The notes beneath the pieces were generated by a model, which saw only the letters and a program-made list of their open reading frames with translations, was not told the DNA's origin and made no database searches. A DNA stretch of 64,000 nucleotides from Octopus vulgaris. Its lineage: Eukaryota. The stretch lies in NCBI GenBank assembly GCA_951406725.2, contig OX597817.1:34658001-34722000 (forward strand). The letters run 5' to 3'. Position numbers and translations under genes: made by a program. Each line of letters starts with the position of its first letter. Position 1 is the first letter of the stretch. Shown here one piece after another: positions 13,752 to 25,222 of this stretch.

Positions 13752-14071
13752 GTGTAAAAGAGTAAAGACCCCCTTCGGACATGACTGACCATGGGATTGC
13801 ACCTAGAAAGTTCCTCTCCGAGGCACGAGTCTGGGTAAGGTTGTTTATGGAAGACAACCAGCAGTCGCCCATGCATGCCAGCCTCCCTCTCCACGCCAAA
13901 CGCCGATACAGCTTGGCACCAGTGACGTCGCGACTCACTTCTACATCTGAGTGAACAGGAGCAACGTGAAATAAAATGTCTTGCTCAAGAGCACACAGCC
14001 CGTTCCGGGAATCGAACTCACTACCTCACGATTGTGAGCCCGACGCTCTAACTACTGAGCCATGTGCCTTC
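13752..14071 (-). mobile_element. tRNA-derived CORE-like SINE family C
   Basis: Minus-strand AGGCACATGGCTCAGTAGTTAGAGCG and GAGTTCGATTCC boxes, CTTGAGCAAGACA core; TSD ATACTCAAA (13743-13751 and 14072-14080). Confidence 0.88.
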
Positions 14072-14532
14072 ATACTCAAAACGTGTATTCTGTCTTTTGT
14101 ATATCTAGAGCTATGTTGTCCAAAGTGTCCTTTCTTATGATAGTAGAGCGTGATTTGAGGGAGATTCAGTTGCTACTTCTCATGTGGTTGCCAGTGGTGA
14201 CTTGTAAGTGTGTTTGAACCTGAAATTGGGGCGGTAAACGTTTCCATTAATGATGATCTTTATCATTATTACAATCCTCATTTCGTCAAATTTGTTTGGA
14301 TCGCAAGATAAGATAACTCCTACTCCTACTCGGGGAACCCCTGGATGGTAGATAGGGAACGGTTTCCAAATATAGATGTTAGCTGTAAATATGGAAATTA
14401 GCTGTCCTCAACCAAATACGAGGTGTAGCAGGGTATAGCTCTTGTCAGGCACCCGACATATCGTTACAAGTGAAACCACATATGCGCAGTCTCGGCGAAA
14501 GAGTAATCGACTGACCAATGGTGACATTCGCA

Positions 14533-14928
14533 TAATCTTTTCTATTTTAGGCACAAAACCCGAAATTTTAGGGGATGGGACCTGTCGATTAGATCGACTC
14601 CAGTACACAACTGGTACTTAATTTATTGATCCTGAAAGGATGAAAGGCAAAGTCGACCTCGGTGGAATTTGAACTCAGAACGTAAAGACAGACGAAATAC
14701 CTATTTCTTTACTACCCACAATGGGCTAAACGCAGAAGGGACAAACAAGGACAGACAAACGGATTAAGTCGATTATATCGACCCCAGTGCGTAACTGGTA
14801 CTTATTTAATCGATCCCGAGAAGGATGAAAGGCAAAGTCGACCTCGGTGGAATTTGAACTCAGAACGTAAAGACAGACGAAATACCGCTAAGCATTTCGC
14901 CCGGCGTGCTAACGTTTCTATCGGCTCG
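14533..14928 (-). mobile_element. SINE family A, dimeric form
   Basis: Two central domains in tandem joined at GAAATACCTATTTC (plus-strand reading). Confidence 0.9.
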
Positions 14929-15832
14929 ACAAAAACTTCTGTGAGGTCAACATGCTGGATCATGTTGAAGGGTATTATTGTTAATGACTGTAGAGCTGGT
15001 AACTAAAGACATTATTAGAAAAATGAAAAATTTTAATGATTTACACTAAAATCACGTGAATATCGTAATCGCTGCTAATCGTGATTTTAAAAGGGTTAAT
15101 GGCAATGGTGTGTGTTGAGGATGTTGCTTTTATGTTTCAGCTCAGCCTTAGTTTTACGAAAGAATCTATGATCAAAACCTATCAATCCTGACCAAACTGT
15201 AGCACTACATAATCCAATTTCAATAAGGAAGGGCCTGATTTGCTATTTTTAGTAGATCGGGTGACGATGCAGAGGCTCTTTTTTGCTGTTTGCTGGTGAT
15301 GGTGATGGTTAGTTGTGGTTGGAATGATGAGAGATATGTAGTGGTGGCAGGTGACACATGTAGCTCATTTTTTGGTTGTGATATTAGTGACATCCTTAAG
15401 CACTAACAATATACGCAAATAACAAAAACCAAAACAAGTATTCGTATTATTATTTCAGTTTTAATGAATGAATGTTTCATACGCACAGATATACATATAC
15501 TGTAGTAGAGTAGCTCTTCCTCTATACAAAAGTAATACTCAGCATAATCTGTCTCACAAGTCATGCATTTGTGATATTATTGAACGCAACTTTTGAATCC
15601 TCTTCGAAAAAAAATTCAGATATTTTTACCTTATCTGTGATATCAAATCTTTGATTCCGAAAACTGTCCTACATTGGACCGAACAAGTGGAAATCGGAAG
15701 GCACCAGATGGGGACTGTATGGTAGATGGGAGAGCACTGACTAAACCGTTTTGCTAATTGACTGATGAGTTGCTAAAAATGAGTGTAGTCTTTCGGTAGT
15801 CATGGTGAATGGAAGGAAATTCTTGTTCTGTC

Positions 15833-16083
15833 TGTTAAATCGCAATACTACACAGTGGTTGAGTGTTCTACGAAATCCTCGTCGCCACTGTTATGTCGCA
15901 CGTTCAGATGCCTTCTACTCAACTCTGTCCCCTACTCTGTTCTAGTCTGACCTCCGACTGCTACTCAACTCTGTTCTCTCCGCAACTCTGACGACGTCTA
16001 GACTTCTCCCTCTATATCTACGTATTGGGCTAGTCTACTTCATCGTCTGGGGGCGTCCACACAACAGTCTCTTCCACCTAACA
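15833..16083 (-). mobile_element. Truncated LTR retrotransposon: 195-bp LTR plus primer-binding site
   Basis: Minus strand TGTTAG...ATAACA (16083-15889), then TGGCGACGAGGAT, complementary to the 3' end of eukaryotic tRNA-Ser(GCU). The insert ends at TTAACA (15833). Confidence 0.75.
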
Positions 16084-16183
16084 GCATCACTAAGCCTTTT
16101 GAGCATCTCAGTATATTGCTAAATGTTCACAGCACAGCCCCGTTCCAGAAAGCCCTGGAGAATAACGCTTTTGTCATCACTCT

Positions 16184-16256
<73 letters not shown>

Positions 16257-16672
16257 AACAGTTACCATGACTTTCTATGCTAATAACTGGCTCTTAACCT
16301 CTTCGGCCTTGGAGAAGAGGTGTGATATCACTCCATGGGTTGAACCTTTGTTTTCAGGTCATAAAGATATGGCCACACTTCAACTCCGCCACCAGATCGG
16401 AAGAAAATGTTTTCATTTGCTTCAAAAGCTTCCAACAAATTTAAGCATAATTCCATCCTTCTCTCTTTCAAATTGGGTGCCAACTACTGAGATGCCCACT
16501 TTTCGATATCTAAAGTCTTCCAGGATCTTCTGTAATGCATTGTTTCACACAGGTTCGTCTAACCTCGCGAATCACTTCTTGAATGCTGGATTCTCCTTCT
16601 TTAAACTTTTTCATCTCTTTGTGCATATCTGTTGCTCTTAATTATGGTGACATTTCTGAAAATAACCTGTAG

Positions 16673-16873
16673 CACGGATTTTTGTTAGTGAACAGGTCGC
16701 GGTCTTATAGCGACGAAAAAAATTTTAACAAATTAAACTTAAATGTTGAAGTGAATCGAACGGCTTTTGTGTGTTTCTTAAATGGCTTATAAACACCTTC
16801 CACGCTGCAATTATTTTCGTTCCAGCACACGATCTCAGATCAAATCACTTGCTATGCAAGTGCATCTCCGTAA
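16673..16873 (+). mobile_element. ~200-bp element with G3:C8 hammerhead-like fold
   Basis: Interrupts the mariner. Target AAATAACCTGTAG is duplicated at 16660-16672 and 16987-16999. The fold lies at 16681-16732. Confidence 0.6.
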
Positions 16874-17123
16874 AACCTGTAGGTTATTTACATAGTAGTA
16901 AATAGGTTATTTGTTACTATTTACAGGTTCTTTACATAGTAGTAATTAGGTTGTTTGCTACTGTTTACAGGTTATTTACATGTAGTAAATAACCTGTAGA
17001 TCTCTGTGGATGTGAGGCAGCCTGCATCTCTCCTTTGAGAAGAATTCAATGATAGTACTTTGTCCCTGTTTAAAACCCAATATTTGCCTGCAATGAAGAA
17101 ATGGGAAAAGAGTTACTATACAG

Positions 17124-17342
17124 CAGTGCTTTTCAAACTTTTTGCTGGAGCGGAACCCCAAGGAAACATTCCACTGGCTCGAGGAACCCCTGTGCAATAA
17201 TTTAATAGTCTTATGCACACATATCTGCACAGGAGAATTAAAAATTACTGCCGATTTTAGCAGTTTTGTAACTTCTTGCGGAACCCCTGGGCTGTACTGG
17301 CGGAACCCTAAGGTTCCGCGGAACCCTGGCTGAAAACCACTA
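17124..17342. mobile_element. hAT (Buster-type) MITE
   Basis: CAGTGCTTTTCA...TGAAAACCACTA TIRs, 8-bp TSD CTATACAG (central TA) at 17116-17123 and 17343-17350, five GGAACCC subterminal repeats. Confidence 0.9.
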
Positions 17343-18029
17343 CTATACAGGATGATTTGCGTTAAGCAGTATGGGCAATTTGAACGAGCTGAGTCAGTTA
17401 ATAAACACGTTCAATTTGCATTACTTTTGGCACAACCCTCGCATGTATATTGGGAAATTGTGTTTGAGAAATATAATCTGATCATTATGTTGTGAGTGTA
17501 CTATCCATATATGTGTGCATACAGGCGCGCGCACACACATACACACACGTACGAATACATACGTGTGTGTGTGCGTGTGAATGTGCGTGTGTGATTGGGC
17601 GTGTAGGTGCGTATAATGTCTTTGGCCAACTTGTGTAATATTTCTGGCAATGTACGCTGATTTAATTCAAGACTTATGTTTCAATGCAATCAATTATTTT
17701 AAGATCATGGTGAACAAATTTGTACTTATTTTCCTTTTTTTCTTCTTCTTTTTCTGGAAACATTAACAAAGAAAAAAAGAAAGAAGAAAAATCTAAAAAG
17801 AAAAGAAAAAGAAAACGAAAGAAAAAGAAAACGAAAAGAAAAAGAAAACGAAAAGTACTACGTATATAAGGTTTCATCCGTGTCAACCAAGTACCATGCG
17901 GTAATAGTAGGGCTAGAATAGTTTCTGACTGACAAAGGAACACTAAAAGGAAGTAACTATATTAGACCCCACACCGGTATCGTTGACACACTTCTAAGAT
18001 GAAGTGTATTTCTCAGTGAGGCTTTGCAA

Positions 18030-19180
18030 AGTGACGGTGGTGTTGGCAATCATGATGGTGGTTGTAGTAAGGTGTCGGTGGTGGTTGTGTTGGTGGTGGT
18101 GATGATGGTGGATGTGGTGGTGGTGGTGATAATGGAGGTGGTGGAGGTGGTGATGACGATGGAGTGGTGATTATGGAAATGGCGGTGGTTGTTGTTGTTG
18201 TTTTTGGTAGTGGTGGCAGTAATGATGATATTGGAGTGGTCGTTGTAGAGAAATGGTATTAATTGTAATGTAGTGGTGGTAGTGGTGGAGGCGGTGGTGA
18301 TGGTGGTGGAGGAGGCGGCGGCGGCGGTGGTGATGGTGGTGACGATGGTCGTTATGGTGATTGTGGTGGTGGTGTTGGTAATGAGGGTGGTGGGGATGGC
18401 CATTATGGTTGTTGTGGTGATGACATTGAAGTGATAATTGTAGAGACAGGACATTAGTTCTGATGGTAGCGATGGTGATGGTGGTGGTGGTTTTGGTTGT
18501 GGCGGTAATGATGTTGGTAATTGCATTAGTAAACAACGGTGGGGCGGTTGCACAGGTACTAATGTCTACTAGTAGTATAAAGCTGAGAAGATGATGGCAG
18601 TAGAAGTAGTAGTGGTGGTGGTGGTGGTGGTGGTGGTGGTAGTAGTAGTAGTAGTAGTAAAAGAATTGGTGGTGGTAGTGGCGGTGGCAGTGGTGGTGGC
18701 AGTGGCGGTGGCGGTGGCGGTGGTGGTGGTGGTGGTAGTGGCGGTGGTGAGTGGTGCTTATGATGATAGAGGCGGCGGTGAATTGGTACAGGTGGTGGCG
18801 TTGCCTGAATAGTCGGATAACAATATTTGATGCTGTTATTGAATTCGTTGTCACTGTTGTTTCTGGAAGTGGTTGTGGTGGTTTGGGCGGTAGTAATGGT
18901 GGTGTCGGTTATTTTTGTTGCTAGTTTTGTTGTGGCGGTGGCAGTAGTAGTGATGGTAGTGGTGGTGGTGGTGATGGTGGTGGTGGTGGTAGTAGTGGTG
19001 GTGGTGATGGTGGTGGTGGTGGTAGTGGTGGTATTGGTGGTGGTGGTAGTGGTGGTATTGGTGGTGGTGGCGTTGTTATTGTGGCCATGGTGGTGCGGTG
19101 GTTGTGATGGTGTTGGTTGGGTCGTCGTCGTCGTCGTTGTTGTTTTTGTTGTTGTTGTTGTTGTGGTGGTGGTGGTGGTG
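18030..19180. repeat. Degenerate (GGT/GAT/GTA/GTT)n trinucleotide mosaic
   Basis: Direct reading; explains the poly-V/T/P/H ORFs. Confidence 0.9.
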
Positions 19181-19561
19181 GTATGCTTGTATGTATGTAT
19201 GTATGTATGTATACATGTATGTACGTGTATGTATGTTTGTATATACGTCCGTTTATGTATGTGTGCATGTGCGTGTACGTGTGTATGTATGTATGCATGT
19301 ATATATATATATATATACATGTATGCATGTTTGTATGTATGTATGTATGTATGTATGTACGTGTTTGTACGTGTGTATGTATGTATGTGGGTAGGTATAT
19401 CTGTATGAGTGTTGTGTATGAATGTGTGGTGATGGTTTAAGAAGAGAAAAATTGCATCGGGGGAACCCTATCTCATCCTCGAACCCCCAACCTCTACTCT
19501 CACACCTCTCTTTGAACCTCGTTTCATTCAGATTGTCTTATTAACGCTCGCAAACCTTACA

Positions 19562-19636
19562 ACGACACCACCACCACCACCACCACCACCACCATAACCA
19601 CTGCTGCTACTACTACTACTACTACTGCTGCTGCTG

Positions 19637-19676
<40 letters not shown>

Positions 19677-19683
19677 CACCACC

Positions 19684-19721
<38 letters not shown>

Positions 19722-19790
19722 AACCACTACTACTAATACTACCACTACTACTACCACTACTACTACTACTACCACCACCACCACCACCAC

Positions 19791-19829
<39 letters not shown>

Positions 19830-20060
19830 TCACTACAGCTTACCAATACCATCATTATCACTATCACTAATACCAACACCGTCGCTACCACCGCCAGCCT
19901 GACCATTACCACCATCACCACCGCCGCCATCGCCATCACCCCCTATAAACACCTGCCCTGTACGACGGATACAGCATCGTCACCACTACGACCACTACCA
20001 TCAGCACTCCCCCCTCCTCAATTATCACTGCCTCCACCACCACCACCACCACCACCACCA
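19562..20060. repeat. (ACC/ACT)n trinucleotide mosaic
   Basis: Direct reading. Confidence 0.9.
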
Positions 20061-20247
20061 TTGAATGTATGTACTTTAATGTGTTATGTGACGAACGCAA
20101 CAATCGGAGAGAGGACACAGTGCGCTCTATGCATGCGGTTGTACGTCTGTGTATAAAATGATACGTCTATGTATGAGAACATGCCAGCGCGCGCGTCTTT
20201 GAGCGTTAAGTGAATGCATATTAAAATTACATTTATATGCGTATACA

Positions 20248-20945
20248 TGTATGTATGTATGTATGTATGTATGTATGTATGTATGTATGTATGTATGTAT
20301 GTATGTATGTATGTTTGTATGTATGTATGCGTGTTTGTATGTATGTATGTATGTTTGTATGCATGTATGTATGTATGTATGTATGTATGTATGTATGTTT
20401 GTATGTATGTATGCATGTTTGTATGTATGTGTGTATGCATGCATGCATGTATGTATGTGTGCATGTTTCTATGTATGTATGTATGCATGTATGTATGTAT
20501 GTATGTATGTATGCATGTATGTATGTATGTATGTATGTATGTATGTATGCATGCATGTATGTATGTATGTATGCATGTATGTATGCATGCATGTATGTAT
20601 GTATGCATGTTTGTATGTATGCATGTATGTATGTATGCATGTTTGTATGTATGTATGTATGTATGTATGTTTGTATGTATGTATGCATGCATGTTTGTAT
20701 GTATGCATATTTGTATGTATGTATGTATGTATGCATGTTTGTATGTATGTATGTATGTATGCATGCATGTATGTATGTATGTATGTATGTTTGTATGTAT
20801 GTATGTATGTATGTATGTATGTATGTATGTTTGTATATATGTATGCATGCATGTTTGTATGTATGCATATTTGTATGTATGTATGTATGTATGTATGTAT
20901 GCATGTTTGTATGTATGTATGTATGCATGCATGTATGTATGTATG

Positions 20946-20979
<34 letters not shown>

Positions 20980-21800
20980 TGTATGTATGCATGTTTGTAT
21001 GTATGTATGTATGCATGCATTTATGTATGTATGTATGTATGTATGTATGTATGTATGTATATATGTATGTATGCATCCATGTTTGTATGTATGTATGCAT
21101 GTTTGTATGTATGTATGTATGTATGTATGTATGTATGTATATATGCATGTATGTATGTATGTATGCATGCATGTATGTATGTATGTATGTTCGTATGTAT
21201 GCATGTTTGTATGCATGTGTGTATGTATGTATGTATGTTTGTATGCATGCATGTATGTATGCATGTTTGTATATATGTATGTATGCATGTATGTATGTTT
21301 GTATGTATGTATGTATGTATGCATGCATGCATGTATGTATGTATGCATGTTTGTATATATGTATGTATTCATGTATGTATGTTTGTATGTATGTATGTAT
21401 GTATGCATGTATGTATGTATGTATGTATGCATGTATGTATGTATGTAATCATGTTTGTATGTATGTATATATGTATGTATATGTAAGTATGCTTGTATGT
21501 ATGTATGTATGTATGTATACATGTGTGTACGTGTATGTATGTTTGTATATACGTCCGTTTATGTATGTGTGTATGTGCGTGTACGTGTGTATGTATGTAT
21601 GCATGTATATATATATATATACATGTATGCATGTTTGTTTGTATGTATGTATGTATGTATGTACGTGTTTGTACGTGTGTATGTATGTATGTGGGTAGGT
21701 ATATCTGTATGAGTGTTGTGTATGAATGTGTGTATGAATGTATGCTTGTATATATCTAAGAGTGTATGTGTATGAATGCATGTGTGTATGTATGTATCTA
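20248..21800. repeat. ~1.5-kb (TATG)n array with in-register CATG/TTTG/TATA variants
   Basis: Direct reading; source of the 400-490 aa pseudo-ORFs. Confidence 0.95.
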
Positions 21801-22472
21801 TGCATGTGTATGCATGAAGACGAAAGGATTCTGCGCTTGCATGAGTGTTAACGCATGTCAGAGAACTCATGTATACAGTGATGTATGTATTATAAATACA
21901 TAAGCAAAGACCGACACGTGTGCGTGTGTATGTGTATATATCTGCATGCGAGTATTTATGCTTGTGTCTTTATGTATACATACATGTGTGTGCGCGCATA
22001 TATTTTTCGACACACGTGCACACACACACACACATTATATACATATATACATACATACGTACATACATTCACACGCACATATATTAATTGAATGAGCTGA
22101 AATTGTTGCAATCTTCATTAGACAACTGATGAAGGGAATGTCCCGCAGTGCAAGCTACATGTGTCTCATATACACACATACGCACACACACACATCACAC
22201 GCATTTATGCATACACATACACACACATTGATTTTCCGGACACTGACTGACGAGGAAATCTGCTGCGAATGGTCCCTGTATATTGTCTTTGTCTAGTTTC
22301 CCGTTTGTTGTTATCGTCTATTTTTCCGTTTATATAAGATTAATCAGCCGAAATTACTACGATGATCCGGTTCTTGACTGAAGACTGAGGGTTTCGAATG
22401 TCCTGTCCGTGTTTATTGTGTCGTCTTCTAAGAGTTATACGTTCTTGTCCATGTTGTATTTTTCTACATACC

Positions 22473-22516
<44 letters not shown>

Positions 22517-22634
22517 AGCATACATTCATACACATATTCATGCATACAAACATACATACATACATACATACATACATGCATGCATGCATGCATGCATACA
22601 TGCATACATACATACACGCACACACATACGAACG

Positions 22635-22681
<47 letters not shown>

Positions 22682-23082
22682 ATATATATACATATATACA
22701 TACATATATGTACATGATGTATACATATATATATGTATCTATATATGTATATGTCTACGTATATACATATAACATATATATATATATATATATATACATA
22801 TAAATATACATATACATATATATATATGCATATATATATATACATATATATACATACACACATGCGTATATATATATATAGATAGATACATACATACATA
22901 CATACATACATACTTACATACATACACACACACACATATACATAAGTATATGTATGTGTGTGTATATGAGTGTGTATATACATATGTATGTAATATATAC
23001 TACATGTGTGCATGTATGTATGCATATACGTATATACATACACACACACAGATACACATGACATATTTATTTAGTTAATATT

Positions 23083-23220
23083 CGTTTCAAATTTTGGCAC
23101 AAGGCCAGCAATTTGTGGGCAGGGGTTAAGTCAATTACGTCGACCCCAGTGCTCAACTGGTATTTATTTTATTGATCCCTAAATGATGAACAACGAAGTT
23201 GACATTAGCAGCATTTGAAT
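23083..23220 (-). mobile_element. SINE family A fragment
   Basis: GTTTCAAATTTTGGCACAAGGCCAGC and CGACCCCAGTGCTCAACTGGT blocks. Confidence 0.75.
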
Positions 23221-23492
23221 TTATTTAGTAATATTAACGATATATAATATACAAGGCAAACACACACACGCATGTACATGTGTGCTTTTCTGTACGTAAA
23301 ATCAAAAATGATGAGTGCGACAAAATACAATTTGTTTCGCCCAAAGGTAAGAGAAGAGTAAATAAATAATTAAGGGAAGGCACTTTAATTACAAATAGAT
23401 AGAGAGAAAGACATATACAGAAATGCAGAAAATAGCCATGGCTGTAGAAGTAAGGTGGTAGGTATGGGGCTACAGTAGTAGGAGCTGTCGTT

Positions 23493-23733
23493 GTGATGAT
23501 GATGAGGAGGAAGAGGAGGAGGAGGATAAAGATGATGATGATGAGGAGGAGGAGGAGGAGGAGGAGGAGGAGGAGGATGATAATGATGACGCGGATGATG
23601 ATGAGGATGATGATGAGGAGGAGGAGGAGGAGGATGATAATGATGACGCGGATGATGATGAGGATGATGATGATGAGGAGGAGGAGGAGGATAATCATGA
23701 GGATGATGATGAGGAGGAGGAGGAGGAGGAGGA

Positions 23734-23768
<35 letters not shown>

Positions 23769-23959
23769 GGAGGAGGAGGAGGATAATCATGAGGATGATG
23801 ATGATGATGAGGAGGAGGAGGGGGAGGATGATGATGATAATGAGGAGGAGGAGGGGGAGGAGGATGATAATGATGACGCGGATGATGATGAGGATGATGA
23901 TGATGATGAGGAGGAGGAGGAGGAGGATAATCATGAGGATGATGATGAGGAGGATGACG

Positions 23960-24039
<80 letters not shown>

Positions 24040-24462
24040 AATGATGAGGGAGGAGGAGCAGGAGGAGCAGGAGGAGGAGGTTGACAAGAACGTCAGTGAT
24101 GATGACGATAACTTTGGCGATACTGTTGATGAAGATAAAAATGACCTTGGCTTGGTGATTAGTTGAGATGATGGTAAAAATGGTGTTGACGGTGGTGGTG
24201 GTATTGCTAAATACGATGGCGTTGGCACCAGCTGTAGTGATTTGGGAGTGGTAGTGGAGCGTGACAACTGAAGATGTGGATCGAGGTGTCGGTGACGGTG
24301 ACGGTGACGGTGATGAAGACAATGGTAATGGGAATGGCGGTGATGGTGATGACGGAGATGGTGGTGTTGCTTATGATGACAATTATGATGATGATGATTG
24401 TGAGAGTGAAGATTCATTTTGAGGAGGGCGAAGGCTGGAGAGGCTGTGATAGTGATAAACAC

Positions 24463-24522
<60 letters not shown>

Positions 24523-24523
24523 A

Positions 24524-24559
<36 letters not shown>

Positions 24560-24615
24560 GTAGTGATGGTGGTGGTGGTGTGGTGGTGGTGGTGGTGGTG
24601 GATGATGATGATGAT
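23493..24615. repeat. (GAT)n/(GAG)n mosaic with higher-order repeats
   Basis: GATAATGATGACGCGGAT occurs three times and GATAATCATGAGGAT three times. Confidence 0.92.
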
Positions 24616-24896
24616 GCATGTTGGTGTGAATTTATACAATCGTTTTATCTATGTTCGTTAATGTAATTTCACGTGTGATGTATGTGCATATGTTTTCCTA
24701 AATATGTGTGTGTTTATATAAACGTATGGACAGGACAGAAAGGGAATACAACGTATGGAAGGTCATATAAACGTATGGAAGGACAGAAAGGGCACAAATA
24801 CACACACACACGCACACTCTATTTGTATACAAACGACTCCTCGAAACACTCGAAGCCTCCCCCCGCCTTCTTTCCATAATGCTTCCTACCCATTTT

Positions 24897-25222
24897 CCAC
24901 TCACCGAGAAGCAGTAACCTTCTATTTAAGGACTACTCTCCGTATCGAGAGGTTACAGCTCCAATACTACGGACATGTGATTAGAACGTCGCAGCATAGA
25001 GTCGCATAACGGATTCTTCAACCAGAGCCAATCGGCAGGAAACCTAGTGGTAAACCAGAACAAGATGGTTGGATATTCTTAGTTGGTCGCGTCTGAGAAT
25101 CCATCCGGAGAGTGTAATGACAGTTGCTTCTAATTGGACCGCATGGAGAAGTTGTCTAAGGACTCTACCTCCATGACCCTGCCAGGAAGAGTGGGCGGAG
25201 GAAATGGATGAAAATGGATGGT
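24897..25222 (+). mobile_element. RTE-like LINE 3' end
   Basis: LQLQYYGHVIRT...RKPSGKPR-RWLD motif typical of the RTE ORF C-terminus, with a stop and a frameshift; GGATG-repeat tail. Confidence 0.75.

Larger units (their letters stand above)
15527..17441 (-). mobile_element. Decayed mariner transposon carrying nested insertions
   Basis: Minus-strand remnants in the correct order: STIIEFFSKERCRLPHIHRDLQVI (~17070-16990), YLYDLKTKVQPME...SSPRPK...KVMVTV (~16375-16258), HLPYSPHLVPSDFHLFGPM (~15737-15672). TIR remnants CAAAAGTAAT at both ends. Confidence 0.8.

Noticed and set aside
18559-19320. Poly-Pro/poly-Thr ORF resembling a formin or mucin
   Set aside because: Derived from GGT/GTA triplet repeats and starts in a TATG microsatellite; no domain or splice support.
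20084-21698. 400-490 aa ORFs on both strands (MYVC/HTYI repeats)
   Set aside because: Translations of a stop-free (TATG)n array; the same applies to most ORFs in the track.
23234-24639. Long His/Pro/Ile-rich minus-strand ORFs
   Set aside because: Reverse reading of GAT/GAG repeats.
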